Shown: positions 54,286-63,500 of the stretch, one piece after another
Numbering within the stretch: the stretch's first letter is position 1
How the letters are laid out: each line of letters opens with the position of its first letter
Source of the DNA: an uncultured Actinomycetes bacterium
Lineage (GTDB): Bacteria > Actinomycetota > UBA4738 > HRBIN12
Direction: 5' to 3'
Assembly: GCA_963736335.1 (NCBI GenBank)
Contig: CAVTOC010000006.1
Location: 650,140 to 714,139 of the forward strand
Length of the DNA: 64,000 nucleotides
Position numbers and translations under genes: made by a program
The notes under the pieces: generated by a model
The model's input: the letters and a program-made list of their open reading frames with translations, nothing else
Database searches by the model: none
What the model was told of the DNA's origin: nothing

Positions 54286-55170
54286 TCAGCGGGCCAGGCG
54301 GATACGGCCCGAGCCGGTCCGCTCCACCAGACCGTCTCGCTCGAGCGCGTCGACCGCCAGGTCGACGCGCGGAAACCCATAGCCGAGCGCCGCGGCGATC
54401 GCATGGATCGTCGCGGCGCGGTCGCGACGACGGAGCTCGCGCAACACTCCCCCGCGCGCCTGGCGCAGGGAACCTTCGAACGCCGGCTGGCGGCGACCGC
54501 TCCGCCGGCCCGCTCGGCCGTTCGCCCGGAACCGGCACGCCGCGGCGAGCGGACAGGCGTCGCAGCGCGGAACGGGGAGGCACACCGCGCGCCCCAGATC
54601 CATCACCGCCTGGTTCCAGTCGCCCGGAGCCTCCCGAGGGAGCCACCGTGCCGCCGCGGCGGCAACCTCGGCCGCCGGGACCTCGTCGGGTTCGCGGCCG
54701 AACGCGAGCCTCGCCATCACCTTGCGGACGTTGGTATCGACGGCGGCGACCGGTACGCCGAACGCGATCGACGCCACGGCGGATGCCGTGTACGGACCGA
54801 CGCCGGGGAGCGCGAGCAGGGTGGGGAGGTCGGACGGAACCTCGCCGCGCAGGTCGCGGACGATGAAGCGGGCCGCGTCCTGCAAGGACGCGGCCCGGCG
54901 CGCGTAGCCCAGGCCTCCCCACGCACGGAGGACGTCGGCACGCGACGCCGCCGCCAGGGCTCGCACGTCAGGGAATCGGCTCATGAACCCCGGGAAGGCC
55001 TCGGCCACCCGGGACGCCTGGGTCTGCTGGAGCATGATCTCCGAGACGAGCACCGCGAAGGGATCGTGCCTCTGCCGCCAGGGATACCCGGGGTCGTTCG
55101 CCCGGAACCAGGCCAGGAGCGCTTCCCGGGCGCGATCGCGGCGGCTAGGCTCGTTCGACGAGGGGGCCAT
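54286..55170 (-). CDS. mutY: A/G-specific adenine DNA glycosylase
   Basis: VLVSEIMLQQTQ, LPGVGPYTASAV, VDTNVRKV, and the 4Fe-4S cysteine cluster CLPVPRCDACPLAAAC. The start was set at ATG 55170. Confidence 0.85.
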   Translation of the reverse strand: MAPSSNEPSRRDRAREALLAWFRANDPGYPWRQRHDPFAVLVSEIMLQQTQASRVAEAFPGFMSRFPDVRALAAASRADVLRAWGGLGYARRAASLQDAARFIVRDLRGEVPSDLPTLLALPGVGPYTASAVASIAFGVPVAAVDTNVRKVMARLAFGREPDEVPAAEVAAAAARWLPREAPGDWNQAVMDLGRAVCLPVPRCDACPLAAACRFRANGRAGRRSGRRQPAFEGSLRQARGGVLRELRRRDRAATIHAIAAALGYGFPRVDLAVDALERDGLVERTGSGRIRLAR

Positions 55171-55534
55171 GGCCGAGATCCGAGATGTGATGAGCACGGA
55201 GCTGGTCGCCGTCTCCCCGCGCGCGACGATCGCCGAGGCGGCCACGGTGATGGGGACCGGTCACGTCGGGGCCGCGCTCGTGATGGACGGCGACACCCTG
55301 GTGGGCATCTTCACGGAGCGAGACATCCTGCGCGCCTTGGCGTCGGACTTCGACGCGGCCGGGCACCTGGTCTCCCATTGGATGACGGAACGTCCGACGA
55401 CGCTTCATCCCGGCGCGGACACCGGCGAGGCACTCGGCCTGATGCTGGAGAACGGTTTCCGCCACGTGCCGGTCGTGGAGGGCGATCTCGTTGTGGGCAT
55501 CGTCTCCATGCGCGACGTGGCCCCGCTCGGTTGA
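55169..55534 (+). CDS. CBS-domain pair protein
   Basis: MAEIRDVMSTELVAVSPRATIAEAATVM...GIFTERDILRAL...HWMTERPTTLHPGADTGEALGLMLENGFRHVPVVEGDLVGIVSMRDV. Confidence 0.8.
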   Translation: MAEIRDVMSTELVAVSPRATIAEAATVMGTGHVGAALVMDGDTLVGIFTERDILRALASDFDAAGHLVSHWMTERPTTLHPGADTGEALGLMLENGFRHVPVVEGDLVVGIVSMRDVAPLG

Positions 55535-55548
55535 CGCCGGCACGCCGA

Positions 55549-55746
55549 CTAGAAGCCGGCCTTCGACTCCTTGGGAGGCATGGCCTCGGCCGCATCCTTG
55601 AGCGCCTTGTGGATCTCGCGGAACACGTCGCCGACGTATGACGCCGGCTGACTTCCGCCCGCCGTGCCGCGCACCGCCGACGCCGTCACCTCCACGGCCT
55701 TCTCGAACACCATCCAATCCGTTTCGCGAGACATGAAGACCTCCAT
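55549..55746 (-). CDS. Small hypothetical protein (start possibly at 55734)
   Basis: MSRETDWMVFEKAVEVTASAVRGTAGGSQPASYVGDVFREIHKALKDAAEAMPPKESKAGF. Third codon positions are GC-rich and the composition is not Arg-rich. Confidence 0.5.
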   Translation of the reverse strand: MEVFMSRETDWMVFEKAVEVTASAVRGTAGGSQPASYVGDVFREIHKALKDAAEAMPPKESKAGF

Positions 55747-55795
55747 CGGACCCCTCGGGTACTAGGCTTCGCGTCCGAAAGGCTACTCGACAGCC

Positions 55796-56437
55796 ATGGC
55801 ATCCTCACGATCGGAACCCGACACCTTCGGAGCGGCCGCCGCGCTCGAGCGGATGGTCTTCTTCTCCGATGCCGTCTTCGCGATCGCGATGACGCTTCTG
55901 GTGCTGAACATCCCCCATCCGGCTCCCCGGCAGAACGTGGCGGCGTTCCTCACGACGCAGGACGGCAAGTTCGTCGCGTTCTTCATCAGCTTCTGGGTGA
56001 TCGCGTTGTTCTGGATGGGCCATCACCGGCTCTTCCGGTTCGTCCGGGGGTACGACCATGGCTTGATCATGCTGAACCTGGCTCTGCTGTTCTGCATCGC
56101 GTTCCTGCCGTACCCGAGCGCCATCCTCGGCGACCATCCGACGGACGTCGGCGCGACGGTGTTCTATGCAGCGGCGATCTCGGTCACCGGGTTCGCGTCG
56201 GCCTCACTCACGTGGTACACGGTGATCCACCGTCATTTCACCGGACCGCTGCATCCGGCCATGGCGCGCTACTACGTGTTCAGGGGACTCGCCGCCCCGC
56301 TCGTGTTCCTGCTCTCGATCCCGCTGGCGTTCGTGAACACGACTGCCGCGCAAGCGAGCTGGTACCTGCTCTTCGCCCTGCAGTTCGTCGGACGACGGAT
56401 CGCTGAGCGCCGGGCCGGCGTCGATCGTTCGCGCTAG
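55796..56437 (+). CDS. TMEM175/DUF1211-family potassium channel
   Basis: Signature RMVFFSDAVFAIAMTLLVLNI, and six hydrophobic helices. Confidence 0.8.
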   Translation: MASSRSEPDTFGAAAALERMVFFSDAVFAIAMTLLVLNIPHPAPRQNVAAFLTTQDGKFVAFFISFWVIALFWMGHHRLFRFVRGYDHGLIMLNLALLFCIAFLPYPSAILGDHPTDVGATVFYAAAISVTGFASASLTWYTVIHRHFTGPLHPAMARYYVFRGLAAPLVFLLSIPLAFVNTTAAQASWYLLFALQFVGRRIAERRAGVDRSR

Positions 56438-57597
56438 TCGAACGCGCGCTCGCCGGAGAGCGCCTGACCGAGGATCAGCGTGTGGATCTCGCTGGTGCCC
56501 TCGTACGTGAGGACCGACTCGAGGTTGTTCGCGTGACGGATCACCGGGTACTCCAGCGTGATCCCGGACGCGCCCAGGATCGTTCGCGCGGTCCTGGCGA
56601 TCTGCAGCGCCTCGCGCACGTTGTTGAGCTTGCCCATGCTCACGTGCTCCGGTCGCAGCCGCCCCTCGTCCTTCATGCGCCCGAGATGGAGCGCCAGCAA
56701 CGTCCCCTTGTTCAGCTCCGTCGCCATGTTCGCCAGCTTCTCCTGCGTGAGCTGGAACCCTGCGATCGGCCGGCCCCACTGCACGCGCGTCTTCGAATAC
56801 TCGAGCGCGCATGCGAAGCACGCGCGCGCGGCGCCCATGGCCCCCCACACGATCCCGAAGCGGGCTTCGGACAGGCACGAGAGCGGGCCCTTCATCCCCG
56901 TGACGCCGAGCGCCGCGTCCTCTGGGACGCGCACGCCGTCGAGCACCAGCTCCGACGTCACGCTCGCGCGGAGCGAGAGCTTGCGATGGATATCACTGGC
57001 GGAGAATCCCGGAGTGTCCGTCGGTACCAGGAACCCTCGGATGCCGTCATCGGTCTGGGCCCAGACCACGGCGATGTCGGCGATCGAGCCGTTCGTGATC
57101 CACATCTTCGAGCCGTTCAGCACCCAGCCGTCGCCGTCGCGTTTGGCCGACGTGCGCATGTGGTTCGGGTCGCTGCCGAAGTCCGCCTCGGTCAGGCCGA
57201 AGCACCCGATCACCTCACCGGTCGCCATCTTCGGGAGCCAACGCTGCTTCTGCTCCTCGCTGCCGTACTTCCGGATCGGGAACATGCAGAGCGACCCCTG
57301 GACGCTCACGAACGATCGGAACCCCGAATCGCCCGCCTCGAGCTCCAGGCACGCGAGGCCGTACGCGACGGCGTTGGCGCCGAGACACCCATATCCCTCC
57401 AGGTGCATGCCCAGCAGTCCGAGCCGGCCGAGCTCCAGGGCGACGTCCTTGGGGAACGTGCCGGCTTCGAACCACCCGTCGATGCCCGGGAGGACGTTGT
57501 CTGCCACCCATCCGCGCACCAGATCGCGCACCTGCCGTTCCTCGGTGGAGAGCAGATGGTCGACGTCGAGGAAATCGAGCGGATCGGGGGTTGTCAT
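56434..57597 (-). CDS. Acyl-CoA dehydrogenase (glutaryl-CoA dehydrogenase-like)
   Basis: 387 aa. CFGLTEADFGSDP, KMWITNGSIADIAVVWA, YEGTSEIHTLILG. Confidence 0.85.
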   Translation of the reverse strand: MTTPDPLDFLDVDHLLSTEERQVRDLVRGWVADNVLPGIDGWFEAGTFPKDVALELGRLGLLGMHLEGYGCLGANAVAYGLACLELEAGDSGFRSFVSVQGSLCMFPIRKYGSEEQKQRWLPKMATGEVIGCFGLTEADFGSDPNHMRTSAKRDGDGWVLNGSKMWITNGSIADIAVVWAQTDDGIRGFLVPTDTPGFSASDIHRKLSLRASVTSELVLDGVRVPEDAALGVTGMKGPLSCLSEARFGIVWGAMGAARACFACALEYSKTRVQWGRPIAGFQLTQEKLANMATELNKGTLLALHLGRMKDEGRLRPEHVSMGKLNNVREALQIARTARTILGASGITLEYPVIRHANNLESVLTYEGTSEIHTLILGQALSGERAFD

Positions 57598-57640
57598 GGG
57601 CGGGTAGCCTAGCGCGCCGCCCGGACGTCAAGCGTCGGCC

Positions 57641-58777
57641 GTGGCCGGCCGATGGGGGAACGTGGGGGAGAAGACAGACATCAGGTGGAACGGACCGGCC
57701 CGGCGCATCGCGGCTGCGCTGCTGACGTTGTCGATGCTCGCCGCCGCCACCTCCGTCGCCGGAGCCACCCCGCCGATCGACTCGGCGCGCCGGCGGGTGA
57801 ACCACCTCGGCAGCCAGGTCGTGGATGCGCGTGCCTCGGCGGCGGAGCTCCAGCGCCGGATCCTCTCGCTGGCGTCGGACGTGGCCGGCGCCCGTCGCGC
57901 CCTCGGGCGCCTCCAGGGACGGCTCGTGGAGTCCCAGCACGAACTGGCCGACGCGCAGGTGCAGGTGGAAGCCGTGCAGGCCCGGCTGAACGATCGTGCA
58001 CGTCAGGCATTCATGATGTCGGGGCCGGGCGCGTACGCCGCGTACCTGCTGGGAGCCGACTCTTTCTCCGACCTCATGGACCGCACGATCTTGCTCGACA
58101 GCGTCCAACAGGCGGACGCCGCCCTCGGCGCGGAGGCGCAAGCCGAAGCGACCCTGCTGGCGTCGGCACAGGCAACGCTCGAGCGAGCGACAAGCGAACG
58201 AACCCGATTGGTCGCGCGCATCCAGTCCCGGCAGACCGACCTGCTGACGGCGTTCGCCGCGCAGCAGGCCGCGCTGGCGCAGCTCGCCGGTCAACGGCGA
58301 GACGCGGTGCGACACGTGCGGACGCTCGAACGGCGGATCGCCCGGCAAGCCGGTGCGCTCCCCTTCGGCGATTGGGCCCGCCGCTTCCTGGAACACATCA
58401 GCGCCCCGACGTGCCGCCACAACGTCGTCGTGGTCGTGGCATGGCAGGCCAACGAGTTCACGCAAGCACGATGGAACCCGCTCGCCACCACGCACCGCAT
58501 GGCCGGATCGACGAGCTTCAACGACGTCGGGGTGCAGAACTACGTCTCGCTGACGCAGGGGTTGCGCGCGTCCGCACAGACGCTCACGGGCGGTGCGGCC
58601 TCGTTCGGGTACCAGGCGATCCTGGACTCGTTGGGTCGCTGCGACGACGCGATGACGACCGCAGAGGCGATCCGCGCGTCGGCATGGTGCCGGGGATGTT
58701 CGAACGGGGGCTACGTGACCGGGCTCGTCCCGATGGTGCAGGCATACTTCGGGCGCTTCGTCACCCGCCACGCCTGA
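57641..58777 (+). CDS. Secreted coiled-coil protein with an unrecognised Cys-containing C-terminal domain
   Basis: Signal RRIAAALLTLSMLAAATSVAGA. About 200 aa of heptad-like Ala/Gln/Leu/Arg-rich sequence. C-terminal roughly 140 aa: FGDWARRFLEHISAPTCRHNVVVVVAWQANEFTQARWNPLATTHRM...CDDAMTTAEAIRASAWCRGCSNGGY. Confidence 0.7.
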   Translation: MAGRWGNVGEKTDIRWNGPARRIAAALLTLSMLAAATSVAGATPPIDSARRRVNHLGSQVVDARASAAELQRRILSLASDVAGARRALGRLQGRLVESQHELADAQVQVEAVQARLNDRARQAFMMSGPGAYAAYLLGADSFSDLMDRTILLDSVQQADAALGAEAQAEATLLASAQATLERATSERTRLVARIQSRQTDLLTAFAAQQAALAQLAGQRRDAVRHVRTLERRIARQAGALPFGDWARRFLEHISAPTCRHNVVVVVAWQANEFTQARWNPLATTHRMAGSTSFNDVGVQNYVSLTQGLRASAQTLTGGAASFGYQAILDSLGRCDDAMTTAEAIRASAWCRGCSNGGYVTGLVPMVQAYFGRFVTRHA

Positions 58778-58884
58778 ACGGTTCCCAGCCTACGACGGAG
58801 CGATCGTGTCGATATCGTTCCTCCCCGCTCGTCGATAAGGTGGACGGGGCCGACGGCGGCCGCGATGATCCGAAGGAGGGCAGC

Positions 58885-59235
58885 GTGCGCTACCTGCTGT
58901 TGATCTACAGCGACGAGACCGCGTTCGCCGGCATGTCGCCGGAACAGGCGGAGGCGACGCTCGGGGAGTTCGAGAAGTACTCCGCCTGGCTCGTCGAGAA
59001 GGGGTGGATGCGCGCCGGCGACCAGCTCGCCGACACGGCCCAGGCGACGACCGTGCGGCAGACGGACGGGGCGGTGCTCGCGACCGACGGGCCGTTCGCC
59101 GAAACCAAGGAGCAGCTCGGCGGCTACTACATCGTCGAGTGCGCGAACCTCGACGATGCGATCGAGGCGGCCGGGAGGATCCCGTCGCTCGCCGCCGGCG
59201 GATCGGTCGAGGTCAGGCCCCTCATCGACATGTGA
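58885..59235 (+). CDS. YciI/DGPF-domain protein
   Basis: GTG at 58885 with GAAGGAGGG upstream. [11 protein letters not shown]...[19 protein letters not shown]. Confidence 0.8.
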   Translation: MRYLLLIYSDETAFAGMSPEQAEATLGEFEKYSAWLVEKGWMRAGDQLADTAQATTVRQTDGAVLATDGPFAETKEQLGGYYIVECANLDDAIEAAGRIPSLAAGGSVEVRPLIDM

Positions 59236-60449
59236 GCGAGGCAGCGGAGGTCGTCGACCGCCTGTTCCGGCGCGAATCGGGGCGTGCGGTGGCGACGCTC
59301 ATCCGCGTGCTCGGCGACTTCGACCTGGCCGAGGAGGCCGTGCAGGAGGCGTTCGCGATCGCATTGGATCGCTGGCCCGTGGACGGGATCCCCGACAACC
59401 CTGGAGCCTGGATCACGTCGACGGCCCGCAACCGCGCGATCGACCGCATCCGGCGCGAGCAGCAGCGGCCCGGGAAGACCGAAGCGGCGCAGCGGATACG
59501 CGACCTCGAATCACTGGGTGACGACATGCATGACATCGCCGACGACAGGCTCCGATTGATCTTCACCTGCTGTCACCCGGCGCTCCCGCTGGAATCGCGG
59601 GTGGCGCTCACGCTCCGGACGGTCGGCGGCCTGTCGACACGGGAGATCGCGCGCGCGTTCATCTCCACCGAGACGACGATCCAGCAACGCCTGGTCCGCG
59701 CGAAGAAGAAGATCCGCGACGCCGCGATCCCCTACAGGGTCCCGCCGCGTGAGCTGCTGCCCGAACGGTTCGACGGCGTGCTCGCCGTGTTGTACCTGAT
59801 CTTCAACGAGGGCTACAGCGCGACCGAAGGCCCCCTCGTCCGCGTGGAGCTGTGCGACGAGGCGATCTGGCTGGCGCGCGTCCTGTCGACCCTCATGCCC
59901 GACGAACCGGAGGCGCTCGGCCTCCTCGCGCTCATGCTGCTGCAGCACTCCCGGCACCGCGCCCGCGCGGACGCGGTAGGCGCGCTCGTCCTGCTTGAGG
60001 ACCAGGATCGCTCCCTCTGGGACCGCGATCTCATCGGGGAGGGTCTGGAGACGCTGGATCGCGCGATGGCGTTCGGCGCGCCCGGCCCGTACCAGGTGCA
60101 AGCGGCGATCGCGGCCCTCCATGCCCGCGCACCACGCGCAGAGGACACCGACTGGCCGCAGATCGCCACGCTCTACCGGGCGCTCGACGAGCGGGCTCCC
60201 TCGCCCGTCGTATCGCTCAACCGAGCCGTCGCGGTCGCGATGGCCGACGGGCCGGACGCTGGACTCGCGCTCACGGACGACTTGGCGGACGAGTTGGACG
60301 CCTACTACCTGTTCCATTCGGCGCGCGCCGACCTGCTCCGGCGACTCGGTCGCCGCCAGGAAGCGTTAGCCGCGTACGAACGTGCCCTCGCGCTGACGAC
60401 GAATCCCCAGGAGCATGCGTTCCTAGAGCGTCGTCTCCGCGAAGTCTGA
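59232..60449 (+). CDS. Sigma-70-family (ECF-like) sigma factor with an extended C-terminal domain (COG4941 type)
   Basis: The GTG overlaps the yciI stop (ATGTGA). Region 2 [46 protein letters not shown]. Region 4 [35 protein letters not shown] roughly 200-aa helical tail follows. Confidence 0.8.
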   Translation: MSEAAEVVDRLFRRESGRAVATLIRVLGDFDLAEEAVQEAFAIALDRWPVDGIPDNPGAWITSTARNRAIDRIRREQQRPGKTEAAQRIRDLESLGDDMHDIADDRLRLIFTCCHPALPLESRVALTLRTVGGLSTREIARAFISTETTIQQRLVRAKKKIRDAAIPYRVPPRELLPERFDGVLAVLYLIFNEGYSATEGPLVRVELCDEAIWLARVLSTLMPDEPEALGLLALMLLQHSRHRARADAVGALVLLEDQDRSLWDRDLIGEGLETLDRAMAFGAPGPYQVQAAIAALHARAPRAEDTDWPQIATLYRALDERAPSPVVSLNRAVAVAMADGPDAGLALTDDLADELDAYYLFHSARADLLRRLGRRQEALAAYERALALTTNPQEHAFLERRLREV

Positions 60450-60478
60450 GCAGGTCCGGAACGACACGCTGGACCGAC

Positions 60479-60512
60479 GGCTGCGGCCCACGCATCCGCG
60501 TGGGCCGCAGCC
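60479..60512. terminator. Strong bidirectional terminator-like hairpin
   Basis: GGCTGCGGCCCACGC-ATCC-GCGTGGGCCGCAGCC, a 15-bp perfect stem between the convergent sigma and PKD genes. Confidence 0.65.
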
Positions 60513-60537
60513 TCGTCAGCGTTCCAACGTCAGGGCC

Positions 60538-63500
60538 TCAAACGGTGACGACCCGCGTCGTGCTCGCCGCCTTACCCCACCCGTCGGTGACCGTGAGGGT
60601 CACGGTGTACGTCCCGGCCACCGCGTAGGTGTGTGTCGGGTTGGCCGTGGTGCTCGTGGCCGTCCCGTCCCCGAAGTTCCACAGGTACGTGAAGGGATCG
60701 CCATCGGGGTCGGCGGTGCCGGCCGACGAGAACGCGCACGTCCGCACCGAGCACGAGGGCGTGCCGATCACCGGGACCGGCGCGGCGTTGCCGACCGGCT
60801 GGGCGATCGTGATCGTCCTCGTGATAGTGGCCGCGTCACCCCACGCGTCGGTCAGCGTGAGGGTCACGGTGTAGGTCCCATCGGCCACGTAGGTGTGCGC
60901 CGGCGAGACCGCCGTGCTGGTCGCGGTCCCGTCCCCGAAGTTCCACAGGTACGTGAACGCGTCCCCGTTCGGGTCGTAGGAGCTGACGCCGTAGATCGTG
61001 CACGCGCGATCCGCACACACGACGGGGTTGATCACCGGGACCGGGGCGGCGTTGCCGACCGGCTTGGCGATCGTGATGGTCTGCGTCGTGCTCGCGAACT
61101 TGCCCCACACGTCCGTGACCGTGAGCGTCACCGTGTAGGTGCCGTCGACGGCGTAGGTGTGCGTCGGCTCCGCCACCGTGCTGGTGGCCGTCGCGTCCCC
61201 GAAGTTCCACAGGTACGTGAACGTGTCGCCGTCCGGATCGGACGAGCCGATGCCCGAGAGCGTGCACGTCCGCGCCGTGCAGATCGGCGTGCCGATCACC
61301 GGGACCGGCGCGACGTTCGTGGGCGGCTCCGTGAAGGAGACGACCCGCGTGGTGCTCGCCGCGTCGCCCCACGCATCCGTGAGGGTGAGCGTCACCGTGT
61401 AGGTGCTGTTCGCGGGGAACGTGTGGGACGGGGCCGACGCCGTGCTGGTGGCCGTCCCGTCGCCGAAGTTCCACAGGTACGTGAACGCGTCGCCGTTCGG
61501 GTCGGACGAGCCTGCGCTCGACAGACTGCACGTCCGGGCGACGCACGACGGCGTGCCGATCACCGGGACCGGCGGCAGGTTACCGCCGGGCTTGGTGACG
61601 GTGACCGTCCGCGTGGCGCTGGCGAACAGGCCCCACGCGTCGGTGACGGTGAGCGTGACCGTGTAGGTCCCGTCGGCCACGAACGCGTGCGACGGCGTCG
61701 AGGCCGTGCTGGTCGCCGTCGCGTCGCCGAAGTTCCACAGGTACGTGATCGCGTCGCCGTTCGGATCGGACGAGCCGAGCCCCGAGAAGCTGCACGTCCT
61801 CGCGGTGCAGTTCGGCGTGCCGATCACCGGGATCGGCGCCACGTTCGTGACAGGCTGGGCGACCGTGACGATGCGCGTCGACGCTCGCCGAAGCGCCCCA
61901 CCCGTCGGTGGTGGTCAACGTCACCGTGTAGCTGCCGTCGACCGCGAACGTGTGCGACGGCTCCGACGACGTGCTGGCGGCCGTCCCGTCTCCGAAGTTC
62001 CACAGGTAGCCGAACGTGTCTCCGGTGTTCGGGTCGGCGGATCCCACGCCGGAGAAGTTGCACGTCCTCGCGACGCACACCGGCGGGTTGTTGACGGGGA
62101 CCGGCGGCAGGTTGCCCGCCGGCGTCACGATCGTGAGCGTCTTCGAGGTCACCCCCGACAGGCCGTTCTCGTCACGCACGGTCAGGGTCACGGTGAACGT
62201 GCCCGGGCCGGTGTACGTGCGGGTCGGGACCGGTCCGGTGCCCGATCCGTTGCCGAAGTTCCACGAGTACGTCAGCGTCGAGGGGTTCTCGTCGGTCGAG
62301 GAGCGCCCATCGAACGAACAGACGTTCTGCGCGCAGCTGAACGTGAAGTTCGCCACCGGTGGCAGGCTGGTCCCGGTTCCGGTCACGGTGACGCTGCGCT
62401 GGCTGGGCACGGGCGTTGTGAATCCGTGCTGGTCGACGCCGCGCACCAGGATCGTGTACGCGCCCGACGGGATCACCGGAGTCGTGTAGGAGAAGTTCGA
62501 TCCGGGTGATCCAGGGCTCGTCAGGAACGCCGTCCGATAGCTGACGCTCGTGCTGGTGAACGTGCCGGTCGAGCTCATGTACTGCCCGAGGCCGTTGCGG
62601 ATCGCAACCTGGGCCTGAGCGATCTGCTGGTCGTCCTCCAAGCGCCCGCTGACCAAGATGTGGCCGTCGGTGAACGCCGTGCCGTTGGTCGGTTGCAACA
62701 GCGCCTCGGTCACCGTGGGGGGTAGGTCGCCCGGATAGATCGGGTATCGGGACGTTGCCCCCGAGGACGACGGATCCTGCTGGCCGGACGTGTCGAACGC
62801 GATCGCCGTGATCGAGTAGTTCCCTTGGGAGGGCAGGTTCACCGACTTCGACCACGCCGTGTTGACGGCGCCCGGGTTCGCCAGCGTCGTAGTGAGCAGC
62901 GCGTAGGCCCCGCCCAGGCTGCCGTTCGGCTGCAGGTACAGGGAGGTGTCCTGGTCGACGATCGTCAAGCCGACCGATGAGACACCGATGTCATCGCTGG
63001 CCGTCCCCGCCAGATCCAGGTGGAGGACCTGGACCCCGTTGACGGTGCCGGTCGGGTTGATCGTCGTGTCCGGGAACGCATCGCCGGGGACCTGGACGTT
63101 GATCGTCAGCGACGCCCGCAGGCTGGACGAGGTCGTCAAGCCGAGGTTGTCCGTCGCCTGGACCGAGAACGTGTACGTCCCCGGCCTGAGGTTGAACGGC
63201 GTCGTCCAGGTCCAGTTGTACGTGGAGGCATTGATGTGCTGCGGTGAGATCCGGCAGTTGCCGGCGGTCACCGTGGTACCCCAGGAGCAGTCCGACGCCA
63301 GGTTCTCGCGCGTCGTGCTGTTGCGCAAGGAGATCAACACCTGGTCGAGGGTATCGTCGTCGGCCGCCGTCCCCGAGAAGGTCAGCGGGCTCCCGGGGGC
63401 CAGCGTGATCGGCAGGGGGTTCGTGGGCGGGATCACCGACACGGGCGCCGTGATCGTCACGGTCGGTGGGACCGCGGTGGAGCTCACGAGCCAGGTCGCG

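Noticed and set aside
53236-55641. 801-aa plus-strand ORF spanning znuA, mutY and the CBS region
   Set aside because: It is antisense to znuA and mutY for most of its length. Only its final part shares coordinates with the real CBS gene, which is in a different frame.
58778-58884. ECF-type promoter upstream of yciI and the sigma gene
   Set aside because: There is no GGAAC-N16-17-CGT-like pair. Only two TCGATA hexamers 22 nt apart are present, which is too weak to call.
60541-62390. Regular periodicity of about 264 bp (and of 1017 bp at 5500-7208) that could suggest a CRISPR or satellite array
   Set aside because: The units are far too long, have no spacer structure and translate into PKD or LamG domains. 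They are coding-domain repeats.
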